Shown here piece after piece: positions 24,411 through 36,551 of a stretch of 64,000 nucleotides of DNA. Every line of letters starts with the position of its first letter. Position 1 is the first letter of the stretch. The position numbers and the translations under genes are program-made. Under the pieces are notes generated by a model. It was not told the origin of the DNA, did no database searches, and saw only the letters and a list, made by a program, of their open reading frames with translations. The DNA comes from Nemertoderma westbladi (Eukaryota > Animalia > Xenacoelomorpha), in assembly GCA_032718475.1 (NCBI GenBank), contig JAUCBJ010007028.1:1-64000 (forward strand), written 5' to 3'.

Positions 24411-24777
24411 TGTTCGCGCTTTTAGACCTTTAGCAGTTTAACCCGCTAATTTATATGTCTTTTAGTTTGTAAATCGACTTTAGCCTGTGACAAGTATTGG
24501 ATACACTACATTAGCCGAAGCCAGCCGATGCGCGATCATTCACCCGCTGAATATACCCGGGAGACTGGATTCGGATGCTTTGACCTTATTGCGGTGTAGG
24601 CCTACTGTACTATTCGATTGATCGTTAATATATAATCTCTGACAAATATTATTCACTTTCGGGAAATATTAGCAGTTCCTTTAGGATGTGGCGCTCTAAA
24701 TATGTAAACAGAGTTATGACTTATACTAAACACATAGGGATGGCTTAGGATTTACACATAAGGCGCATTCTTTAGGA
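24411..24777 (-). repeat. ~367-bp module, inverted copy of the distal part of the BEL-2 LTR-like repeats (49350-49713, 51481-51847)
   Basis: tgttcgcgcttttagacctttagcag...aaggcgcattctttagga is the reverse complement of 51481-51847. Confidence 0.9.
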
Positions 24778-24814
24778 TTACTATCCTGCATTCTTTGCTT
24801 CTTTTTATGGTTTG

Positions 24815-24858
24815 TTTATCCCTGATGATGGCTACTGTGTAGTTGAAACGTTGGAAAT
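24815..24858 (+). ncRNA. Candidate minimal hammerhead ribozyme motif (Penelope-like element signature)
   Basis: CTGATGA (24822-24828), stem II GGCTAC-tgt-GTAGTT, then GAAAC-GTT-GGA. The stem III region AACGTT is palindromic; stem I is only ~3 bp. Confidence 0.45.
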
Positions 24859-25126
24859 TATATAATACTGTAATGTAATATATTAATATAGCGGAATAAT
24901 TTAAATATGTAATTATTTTCAGTATGTTTACTACTCACCTTTCTGAGCCGTCTTCACCTTCGCTCAAAAAATAATGGGGGTGTGCAGTAATATAAAAATA
25001 AAGGTTTTCAGGATTTAAACACTGTACCCAGGGAAACACAGCTCCATCGTCAGCTGTGTACTTTTGAATCCCTATCCCTATTTACTGTAAATACAGCATT
25101 GCACGAATTGACCAATATTACAGGAA

Positions 25127-28050
25127 ACTACTACTACTAGGATCGGCAGGCTGCATTGCAGCTGCATTTTTAAGAATGCTGTGCCGGCTTATCGACAAAA
25201 TTGCACCACCACAACTCCCTATCACCAATGACATTTGCTAGATCATCCGCATCTTCAAGGCCAGTGTCCTTTAAGATGCGTCTCAAGAAAGTCATGGGCT
25301 GTCCACCATGCTTATTCACTCCATGAGGCTGCCAAAGTACAAGATTATGCACTGGCTGGTCTTCACGGCGAAAGCAATGTCCTGCAAAGCGGAGGCAATT
25401 TTGTTCTAGTGTCAAGCTTGGGGGAACCAATGAGACACTCTCTGGAGTTAATAAAAAGACCAACACTAGAAGCAGCATGTTCTAATGAGCTGAAGTGATT
25501 CTGAGAGTACTCCTAAGTCATCAGCAAAGTCTAGATCAGTTAGGTACTTCACAGGATTCCCGCGACTTCTGGAGCCATTAGGTGGAGTTATCATCACCCC
25601 ATCATCATTATGATGACCTAAGGACATGCGTAGAACATAGTCAACAACAATTATGAACAAGAATGGTGCAAGTGTGTCTCCCTAGAGGACGCCCCATAAC
25701 ACTTCAAATTTTTTTGTGTCACCGTCAACAGTAGACACAAATGTTGTCGAACCATCGTATACTGATCTGATTGCTGCAATAATTTCATCAGGAATCCCAT
25801 TTAATGAAAGTATGCTGAACATACGCGAGCGAGAGACTGAATCAAACGCCTTGAAGAAGTCAACAAAGATAACAGCCAGATGCCTGTCTTTCTTTTTTGA
25901 TAACTCTTCAGTTATCCTTCTAAGTGCCAGAGAGTTCCGTTATCCTTCTAGAGTGTTAGGTTGCCCTTCTTGGGAACTGGCACCAACTTATTTGTTTTCA
26001 TTTCTTGTGGGACTCTTGTTGTACGGTACATGTCTACTATGATGGGATAGATGAGCTTTAAACACTCAGGTATTTTAAAGACCTTAGGGGGAAAACCATC
26101 TACTCCACTGGCACGATTGGTCTTAATGATCTTTGCAGCAGCCTTTACTTCTGCAAAGGAGATATCACCAATGGGAATATCTGGGAGTATAGACTCAGAC
26201 ACTTTTACTTCTATAAAGTTATCAGGCAATACCCTGTCATTATTGAGGAGCTTTTCAAAGTGGGCCTTCCAACCATTGAGGCGATCGGCTGGTGATTCAG
26301 CCTTAAACTTGGTGGTTGGTTGGCTTTTTTGACCAGCAAGCAAGTTGATAGATCTCCATGCCTGGGATGATTGCCTGCTGTGGTCAGCATCATTGATGGC
26401 ATCAACCTGTTGGTTTATTAGCTCCTGTAAATTAACAGAGTACTGCCTGTTCAGGGACCTAGATGCAGCCTTAACTGCATTCTTGGCCGCTGTAGTCTGT
26501 TTGAGTCGGGACTCTTTCTGCGCCTTGTAGAGGTCATTTCGGCACTTCTGAATTTTGTTGTCAGTCCAGGGGGCCCGTTTCCTGTTTCGAGGGTATACAG
26601 GAACTGTTTCTGCAGCTGCTAACTTAACTGCTTCTGTGAAGGCAGTATAGCCCTCACAGTGATCTGCCGCCTCAGAGGCAAGAACCTCATACCTGTTGCT
26701 CAGCTGTAGTGTGAAGCTGGATCTCACACTTGGCTGTTGCAACAGAGAGGACCAGTCATGCCACGGCAAGGCAGATTTCGTTGTTCTGCTAGCACGCAGA
26801 CTGAGTCTTACCTTGTCCACAATAAGGCGGTGATCACTGGCGAAGGGTCGTGCATTATGCTTAAATGCATTACAGTCTTGTATAGAGCTCCTGTATTTCC
26901 TACGAAACAGGATATGGTCTATCTAGGACTTGTGACCACTGGGTCCACTATGAGTCCATAGCTTTCCAGTTCGCTTCTTGAACTGGGTTCCAGCCGAAAA
27001 CAATCCATTTCCAGAGATAAAATCCTGAAGATGGACGGAATTTCGGTTAACACTATTGCTATAGACACAGGGCGATGTAGGTGATTGATGCAGACTTGCA
27101 TTAAAGTCTCCCAGGAATGTTAAGAATGCGTGCTGATCCACTCCATCAGTAGGTGCTTGTAGATTCTGGTAGAAATTTCTACCTCCTCTACAGGGGTAAC
27201 ACTAGTTGGAGAATAGCACACAATCAGAACCACCTTAGGAAACTTCTTAGCCAGTCTTCCAGAACATGAGAAGTGGCAACGGATGATGCGGTTAGAGATT
27301 TGGTCTATTTTGTCCAATGCTGCATGTGCAGTCTGATTCATCAATAGACCAATTCCACCATTGCCACTATCATCTGCTGAAGCGAGGGCGAGTCGCCAAC
27401 CGACCCCCATGTCCTTAATCAGAACCTCATCAGTCTGTCCAGTCTGCATTCGGTGCTCTTGAACACCCACTGCGCTAAGAGAAAGCTTATCTGCCAAGGC
27501 AGTCAGCTCACCTTGTCGCATTGGGGACCCGAGTGTTAGGGTGTTTACTGAGGCTAGTCTAGTGACTTTGGCCAATGGCTTTGTTGGTCGGGGTGGAACA
27601 TGAGAGTAGCCTCCAACTCCAGAATCCCTCTCCCCCTCACAATCTGGCCTCCCTGGTGACCCAGGGTTTGGGCCAGAAAGGTCATCAGGAAAGGGACTCA
27701 AAAAATTGTTTGCCTTCTCTCTCCATTAGGGGGTGAGATAGGCAGCCGGTCAGGAGATAACTGACGCCTGTGAGGCCGATTGTGTCCAGTCATTCCACTG
27801 GCCTCTAGTGGCTGGACCTCCGCATTACTAATGTAATCCATAGTGGGGGTTGGGGGGTGCTTATTTGCCGAGTCAGCTCTCGGGGCAAATACCACACCCT
27901 GGTTTGCCATTCCACAGGGTGGGTGTCGCAGTGGAGTCAGATATGAGGCCCATCACCCATATCTACTCTCGCGCACATGACCCACCATTGTCTGTGCAGC
28001 TCATCTGCTGGGTCATGCCCTGAACCCCTGCTGCCAGGTGCAGGTCGCTG
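25127..28050 (-). mobile_element. RTE-clade LINE, near full length but degenerate
   Basis: APE (LASVNTLTL, GVQEHR, GGIGLL, GDFNA, SDHR), RT (FVDFFKAFDS, GDTLAPFLF, LDFADD), C-terminal LRFAGHCFR, (TAG)n tail at 25127-25140, and a GGAATGGCAAACC 5' motif. Confidence 0.9.
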
Positions 28051-28051
28051 T

Positions 28052-29124
28052 CTGGACCACGAAATTTTAATAAATAAAACTAGCGGATACGGAATTAGAG
28101 GGATACCGCTAAAATTTTTCAGTGATTATCTCCAAAATAGAGTGCAGTCAGTCTCATTGGGGAATACGTTATCTGATCCCTGTCCTATTGTCTGTGGGGT
28201 CCCCCAGGGCAGTATTTTGGGTCCGGTTTTGTTTTTAATTTATATAAATGACCTCCCTAATGCGACTAGCTTATATACAACATTATTTGCAAATGACACT
28301 AGCCTCTTAAAATTTTCTAAAGATGCTGGTAGTATTTTTGTAAATGGTTTTAACCTTGAACTTGATAAAATTTCAAAATGGATACAAGATAATAAGCTAT
28401 CAATCAACCTAAAAAAACAGAATATACAATTTACACAAATAGAACAAATCTAGGCCCCGTGCCACAAGACAACATACTAAAAGAAGTGAAATCTGTCAAA
28501 TACCTGGGACTAAATATCGATAATAAATTAAAATGGGACACACATATTTCCTTTCTTCTAAAAAAATTGTCTATGGTATCTGGTATATTTTATAAATTAC
28601 GATATATTTTCCCGCTAAATATCCTTCGTACCTTGTATTTCGCTCTTATCCATCCTTATTTAACCTACGCTATCTCAATTTGGGGAAGCTGTAACGCTAC
28701 ATTGATGAAAAAGGTCAGAGTTAAAATAAATAAAGTTCTTAGGGCGATAACTTTTATCCATTTCCGTAGTTCTTCTGTACCTATATATAAGCGACTCAAT
28801 ATACTTCCTGTTGAAGAAATCTACAAACTTGAAATATGTAAACTTATGTACGATGTTTTTTATGTAGATAAAAATAAATATTTATCAGAAGTTGGTATCT
28901 TTTCAACGTATTTTAAAAAAGTAAGCTCAATCCAATCACACAACACCCGTGGCTCTAATGCCGGGTGTTTCTTTATTCCATCAATGAGACTACTCGTAGC
29001 GCAGAATTCCCTCAAATATAAGGGTCCCGTTTTATGGAATAAGTTGCCCCAAAACATTAGAGAAGTCAATAATAAAATCATATTCTCAAAGTATCTGAAA
29101 AAGTACCTCCTGGGGGCCCTATAA
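28052..29124 (+). mobile_element. 3' fragment of a Crack/Daphne (L2/CR1-group) LINE ORF2
   Basis: GVPQGSILGPVLFLIYINDL, LFANDT, VKYLGL, HNTRGS and KYKGPVLWNKLP motifs. Confidence 0.85.
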
Positions 29125-29142
29125 ATTAAGTACCAAGTGGTT

Positions 29143-29628
29143 CCTACCCATGCGCGGGGTCACGCTTTCCATCCATTTTGGTTCTTTTTATTTTTGTTAA
29201 ATATAGAATATTCATTACCGAATACGCTGTCCCACCCCTCTTTACTTTATCCTATTTCCGGAAATATAATTTTATGGAAATATTAATTGCAGTGCTACTT
29301 AGACCTACACGGGCGCGGGGTCACACTTTCCATCTCTTTATAGTTCTTTTTTATATTTTTAATTTTTTTTATTTTCCGGAAATTTAAATCACCAAATACG
29401 CTGTGCCACACCACTATATTTGATCATATTTTCCGGAAATATAAATTGCAGAGCCACTTGGACCTACCCGGGCGCGGGGTCACGCTTTCCAACTCTTTTT
29501 AGTTCTTTTTTAATTTTTCCTGAAATATAAATTTCCGAACACGCTGTCCCAACCCACTTTTTCTTATCTTATTTCCCGGGAATATAAATTGCAAGGCAAC
29601 CTGGACCTTCCCGGGCGCGGGGTCACGC
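29143..29628 (+). repeat. ~143-161 bp tandem units in the LINE 3' UTR
   Basis: gcgcggggtcac recurs at 29152, 29313, 29472 and 29615. Confidence 0.8.
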
Positions 29629-31006
29629 AGTGCTAGTGTTAGGTAATAATTAAATAATATAACGCCCTCTGTATAGCGCAGCTTTCAATAATTTAAATAA
29701 TGTTAATGTTCAGTATGTTAATATCCACTAGCTAATATGCTAATGTATTATCAAACCTCAACTTATTAATTTAAATTATACAAAATTTTAGAAATGGCAG
29801 GCTACCAACTTCCCCCCCCCCCCCCTTCCCCCAACGTCCCATACCGTCCCATTACTAGTGCAAATGAATAAACATATCAGAAAACTCTAAATTATGAGTA
29901 CACAATCTTTTGTCACAATTGTGACATCACCCCCCCCCCCCCCCCCCCTCCCCCACCTCCGGTAGTTAGCGTCTACTAGCTTTGCTATTAGCTAGCTTAC
30001 CGTTTCCTCATTCTTACCTATTCCACCCTAACACTCGATCCCTATTCTCAATATTTTACTGAATAAATGAATTGGTGTTGGGTGTTATTTTGGATAATTT
30101 GCTATATTTAAAACAAGGAATTAAATAAATATTATTGGTAAATAAATTAAATAAAAAAATAAATATTATTGGTAACCATGGCAACCAAGGTTGGCTAGCT
30201 TTCGGCATACTCGATAATATAGTTTGTCGAATTAATAATGAAGAAACATTTTATTTCATTCTACGTCTAACACTAGCAAATTTATATAAAATAACTCAAT
30301 TCCCACTCGAGGTAGAGTCGTAATTTATAAATAAAAATATACAACATAAAAAAACCAGTTAAAACGATACTTTTGATTAAATTTGAAAATAATGACAAAA
30401 AATAAACAAATCCACAAACATGCTAATATTAATACAACCAACCCGAGAATAAGTCGGCCGTTAATTAGATTGGCATTAACGGTGTATTGATTACCCCTCC
30501 GTGTTGCCAAGCAATAATTCTCTCAAGGTAATAGATGTTGCCATTCGCTACTCCATTGTGGTACATTATTTGATTGGAGTTGCATTTAGTGTAGGAAACA
30601 CAACCATATTATACATTTTTGTTTTGAGACGTTGGCGCTAATTTACCCCCCCCCCCCCCCCCCCCCGGTATGTTGATTATAATGCACACGCTACCCAATA
30701 CTGCCGTCCTAAGACAAACCCATGTAACTCGAATTTTGACGAAAATGAGCTTACGGCGAGCTCTATATGGTGGTAGAACTTATTAGAGTGCATCTAAACC
30801 GGGGGGTAACTTTAAAAAGGGGGTATAATGTAACTACATTATATGAATTTGTTAAGGGATGCCAAGGCAGAACCATGAAACCGTAATGTGATAATGACAC
30901 TCCATGTAACTATAAGCGTACACCATGTATCTTACGCGAGTTTCATTGTTTTGGCTTAGGAACAGCTGTGGAAATTTATATAATTTACATGATGTAATAT
31001 AATTAA

Positions 31007-31070
31007 CCCTATTCAACCTGGGCTATTCTATCCGAGATTCAACCTGGGTGTTGGCGTTTTCTGCCAACAA
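31007..31070. mobile_element. Single terminus of a piggyBac-type element related to 42527-43374
   Basis: TTAA + CCCTATTCAACCTGGG...CCGAGATTCAACCTGGG matches the reverse complement of the right end of 42527-43374. The other end was not found. Confidence 0.7.
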
Positions 31071-31859
31071 TTTTGAATACATTTTGAATGCGGTAGAAAT
31101 GTTCAAAATTAGTTGCGTTTTCGCATGGAAACAGACACATATATGGAGCATATAGTGGATTTTAAATTAATGTAAAATATTATGGCTAACTATCCAATAT
31201 TTAAATAATTAATTAAAGAGCACCATTCAAAAAATATATCATATAGTTTCAATGGAAAGAGTTGCTATTTGCCTATCTTTACCAATTTACTCCCTCCTCC
31301 TACATTGTATGAGATGTTGGGTTTAGTGTTTCATATTATAGTCTAGTAAAGGACAAATGGCTGGGGGCTATTCTGTACACTACTACAAAGATTGGTAAAT
31401 AATTGGAATAAAGTGGTCAGACAATATTAGCTTGTCTGCTTGCTGCAACAGCAACCTGGGAAGCCAACCTAATTTGCTATTTTGCTTGAGGCAGTTTCAG
31501 ACTCCTGGTGACTTAATTCAATACATCCTTATAGATGATAATTTCATTTTCATTTTAACATAGAAACCAGGCAGGCTGGCACTTTTAATCATAATTATTT
31601 GAATAATATAAAACCCATATTCACAGTTATGGCACAAATAAAAACTGAACAACATGGTGACACGAAGAGTATATACAGGATCGATTTCACCAATAATTAT
31701 TAGTAGGTTCTAATACGACACAGTTAAACTATATACATACATAGGCTTTTTCATATTAAAATGGTCAAACCAAGAAACAATTTCACCAATAGTTAGTATT
31801 GGGTTCTGTTTATAGTAAAATATAAGGGCAATTATCCAAGCCACTCATATAAGTTTGTA

Positions 31860-34800
31860 ATTATATTATTCACGTAGCAATAATGGCGACAAAAATCAGG
31901 GCCATGAATAAAATATGGTGAGACAGGCGGCATTATTGTCTACAAGTGAAAGACGCGCCATGTCCCAGGTGATCCATTTAAGGTGGTCTTAACAAACTCG
32001 ATAAAATAATAAATAAACAGTAAGTATCAGATAAAATGAACAGATTCAAGCTTGACACTTTTTAAAATTTGTAGTTAAAACGTCAAATAACGAGGTCGTA
32101 TTGTCAGGGATTAGAATTTGACAAGCTAGGTGCAGGTGAGGATGCAGCCACATATTATGAACCCCTATTCGCGGCAATGCTGAGAGTGCTATATAATGTT
32201 GAAATAGTCTAGTATCATTTTATGCTTGGTTTCGAATTTGATCGTGCTTAGGCTGTAGCAGTTTCTTATGAAATTGGAGCTGACAAGGTCATAAGGTGGG
32301 GGATTAGAAATTGACAAACGAGATTGCAGACTCTTTAAGGAGTATTCATTCAGAAAGATCGACGCGAGCCGAGGTAGGAGGAAGTGGGTCTGAGCCATCT
32401 TGTAGGTGCTGCCGAGGCCTTGGTATTTCCCCTTTGTATTGAGGTCTAGTAAGTGGCGCAGAGAAGTTTGTAGTGGATGATTTGGGCACTTCGTCAGTCT
32501 TATTAGCGTCACTATACAGAGGCGAAAAGCCGAAACCGATATTGGTGGGCAGTCCATGAGATTGTAGATTATAGTATTTGAGGTGTAAGAACCAAGGCAA
32601 AGCAGTCCTCGCATGATCTTACGATGGTAGGCATCTAGTTGTTCTAAATGGGTGGACGTCATAGCACCGACCAAGAACTGGATTTTGTACAATGCGGACG
32701 GAATCGCTACTTTATTCCATAGAGTGGCGATGGTGGAGCAGGTTAAATGTCTGGTAGTCCATCCTTGTCTCTGGAATCTCTCGCTGTACGCTGCTAAGAT
32801 ATGCATGGCGGCTTTAAGGGAATCAGCTTTGCTACATGGTATCTTAAAACCCAAAAAATTTATGTGACTGAAAGGTTCTAGCAAGGACCCGCCGATGTCT
32901 ATGAATGTTGGAATATGTGCAGGGCTACCGCTGTATATCCATCTGGTCTTAGTGGCCTCGATCTCTAATCGCAAGTTTGTGTGCTCCTTCGTTGACAACC
33001 GTTACCATTGATTCAATATCTTTTGTGGAGGAAGCCATGAGTAGTAAGTCATCGGCGTATCCAAGGCAGCCGATCAATATATCCCTGACCCTACATCCGG
33101 CGCTATTCTTCTCAAGGATGTTAAATATGTCAGCCACGTAAATATTTAATAAGGTCGGAGAGAGTAGCGACCCTTGTTTTAGGCCATGAGCGACTGGGAT
33201 TGGAGTGGATAGTATGGTGTTGTTGAATTTCAAGTAGAGCTGGGTGATACTACGTATAATAACTCATCAGGATACGACACAAATATGGGTTAAGAATATT
33301 CTGATCAAGTAATTTATTAAGAAGTATCTTGTAGTCGACACTGTCGAACGCCGATGAGATGTCTAGTTGGCAGAGGTAGACTGGAGATCCTTGTTGGCGA
33401 TAGTACTCCAGGTTCTCTAACACCAAGGAGATTATAATATCTGCACCATACTTTTTCTTATATGCGAATTGATTTTGGTTACTGAATGTATCAGAGTTCC
33501 ATAGTATTACTGCTTCCATGATCTTAGCAAATACATTTACAATCGAGATTAGTCGATAGGACTTTGGATTCAACGTATTCTTCTTCTTACCCTTGTATAT
33601 GTAGTTGACTACAGTGCTACCAAATGAAGTAGGGGCCTGTCCGAGGCGGATCAATTCGTTTAGTAGTTTAGCAATGATACTGCAGATTGGGTTGTTGTCG
33701 GGATCTAAGTGTAAAATATGTTCTACAACAAGAGAATTACTATCGGGTGACTTACCCAGTGACAGTTGCGAAACTGCTCTCTGGACAGTGCTGGGGGAAA
33801 AAGAAGGACATGTTGAGTTGCGGCAGGAGTGATCTAGCCTGGCGTTAATATCATCAAAAGAAGAGTTGTTGCGCCGGGAGCCTTCAAGTAAATTATTGAA
33901 TATCGTGCATTGGACTTCCTCTGGTACCTTAACTGGCGACTTATTTTTGTTGAAATAATTCCAGAATTTGCTTGGGTTGCGTTGGTGGAGTGTGGCCTTA
34001 TTGGCCAGGTTTGAGTTTACAAACTGTTTGTTCAGGAAGTTGCGCAGGCTTCGTGTCATACGTTTTGATTCCTTGAATGCGGCTCCAATTGGGTCGTCAT
34101 CCCCCTTTCCACGTTGGTGTCACCCATTGTAGAGTCATCACCCGATCCACTAGTTTCTGCGATATAATCCAGTGATTTTTCGATTTATGGTGTGGCTTAC
34201 AAATTGGGATATGGGCCATGGCGGCAGAGCGTATGATGTCCGGTATGTTTACGGCCATGAAATATAAAGTATCCTGATCCCAATTAGTCACGTTCTCTAT
34301 TTTGGAGACAATTTTCTCCAGTTTTGATTTGACCTCTGTGTTGTATTTTTGTAGGTGGTCTGGTGTTACCTTCTTCCAATTAAGTCTAATGTAGGGAGTG
34401 CCCTTTGCAGTTGGGAGGCAGCGTTTGGAGGGGATGGTATTAGTCGCAAATGTAAGTCGATTTGAGCAATGATGGGAACGTGGTCAGACGTGTTGTCTGC
34501 AGGACGGGGGTTGTGTACGATGCCTGAAATCAGATTGGTAGTTGTAGTGTTGCAGATGATATGGTCAATGTAGGATATCCCATCCCCATTGTGGAAGAAG
34601 ATAAATCATGGGCCACTAAACTCCTGAAATGTGTCAATGGCAGCGATGTTGTTTCCCAATAGGAATGTGTTGAGGTCAGACCCGTGGTGATGCATTAGAG
34701 TGTGTGTGACGTTTACCTTGCAGTGGGCCAATGTCGGCGTTAGCATCCATGAGGATAATCGGTGTTGCATACTTGTGTTCGTCTAGGACTGACTTGAAGT

Positions 34801-35960
34801 CTACCTATGAAGTCAGTGTAGGCTGTAATGCCTTTACCTGCATCTGGGGCATAGCATGATAAAAACATAGCAGACTGGTTATTGATTTCGGTGACAATAC
34901 CAACGATGTTATCCCCAGATTCAACTTTTGAATAACTCTTGACCTTGCTCTTAGAGAAGAAAAGAGCGGCGCCACCTGCACCTCTACAACGTTTTCCATT
35001 ACTCATTAAATTGCTTACAATGGATTTGCAGTTAAACCCATCGGCAAACTCGTTTAAAAGCTCCTGGCATTCTACCTGATCGAGCCAGTGCTCCTTTATA
35101 GCAAATATGTCGCATTGGTCTAGTATGTCTCTAACATAGTCCGAGTTCGAAGAGAATCCGTGACAGTTAAATGTACCTACTCTCAACCCATTAAGACTAG
35201 TTGAATTGACAGACATGGTGGGGTTCTCCCTATTTCTAGAAATTAATGATTGTGTATACGTTCCGTAGACGGCGCGCCCTGCACTGTCAATGTTAAACTC
35301 TATGGGTAGTGTTCCCTGGTCTCGAGGTGGGTTTCGGGTTAATAGTTAAACTGCTGCGGTCGGTCCATTTGTTGCTTTGACGTAGGTGCTGAGTCCAGCT
35401 GGAAGAGTTGTCACACTGATTACTAACGCGTTGGTTACTGTCACGATTATGTTGAGACCAGCTTGGAGGGTTGTCATGACATCTGAAAGGGTTGTCACGC
35501 TGATTACTAACACGCTGACTACTGTCACAATTATGTTGAGTCTAGCAAGGAGGGTTCTCAAGCTGATTACTAACACGCAGAGTACTGACACGATCGTGTT
35601 GAGTCCAGCTGGGAAGGTTGTGACGCTGATTACTAACATGCTGATTACTGTCACGGACATGTTGAGGCCAGTTGGTAGGGTTGTCACGCTGATTGCGGCT
35701 GAAAGGGTTGACACGCTGATTACTAACACGCCGACTACTGTCACTATTCTGTTGCGTCCAGATAACAGGATTGTCACGCTGAATATAGGTGGAAGGGTTC
35801 TCACGCTGGTTCCTAACACGCTGACTACTATCACGATAGTGTTGGGTCAAGCTGACAGGGTTGTCACGCTGGTTGCAGCTGGAAGGCTTGTCACGACGCT
35901 GATTGTAGCTGGAGGGGTTGTCACGCTGGTCATTACTATCGCGATCGTGTTGAGTCCATC
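31860..35960 (-). mobile_element. Degenerate APE-RT LINE (RTE-X/Daphne-like), ORF2 plus a repetitive ORF1-like tail
   Basis: LRVGTFNCHG, DIFAIKEHWL, IDHI, SDH (APE); YRLIS, LDISSAFDSV, GLKQGSLLSP, GYADD (RT). Clade and boundaries are approximate. Confidence 0.85.
35388..35960. repeat. ~63-bp degenerate tandem repeat, open on both strands
   Basis: Repeated gagtccagctggaagggttgtcacgctgattactaacacg units. The minus frame reads NQRDNPSSWTQHDRDS. Confidence 0.85.
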
Positions 35961-36551
35961 TGGGAGTCCATCCAAATTCCCTTTGCACAGTACTAAACTG
36001 CCTGTACCCGGTGGAACAGCCCAAGAGAATGTCCCTGTCCTGGACGCCGAGAGAGCAATCCAAGATTTGTCTCCCTTCGTCCCGCGTCTGCCCGCTACTA
36101 TGTTGGCGACTCCCGCTTCGGCGGTCGAGTGGGTAGATGAGGGACGGCAGGAGATGGGTCTCTTGCTCGGACAGCTGAGGGAACAACGGGAATGTTCCTC
36201 CCGGCAGGTCCGAGATTTAGAAGGGACTGTCCACCAGCTCAAGGGAACCATAAGGGAAAGTAGGTTAGAGTTGCAAGAAGTGCAGCAAAGTATCGCGCTA
36301 GAACGCAACAAACTAGTAAATATACAAAAGAGTATACCAACTCCCCCTGTAACCATGTGTCAACCTGTTAGGTCTGAAGTATTTCATGCGCAAGGTGTGG
36401 AGCTTATACACATCTATACTGCTGTGAAGTAGAAACTCCTACAGTAAACCCTATAAAGGGTAATTATAAACCTGTTGATAATGATATTCCCTATAGACCT
36501 GATAATAATCCGAGAAATTTATATACCGATAATTCGATATTAAATAACACG

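Noticed and set aside
27977-28051. N-terminus of ORF 27977-28453 as part of the LINE RT
   Set aside because: It is antisense RTE 5' UTR fortuitously fused to the Crack-like RT.
11392-30666. Five long poly-C tracts, all on the plus strand
   Set aside because: Too few to show a real strand bias, and they share no flanking sequence.
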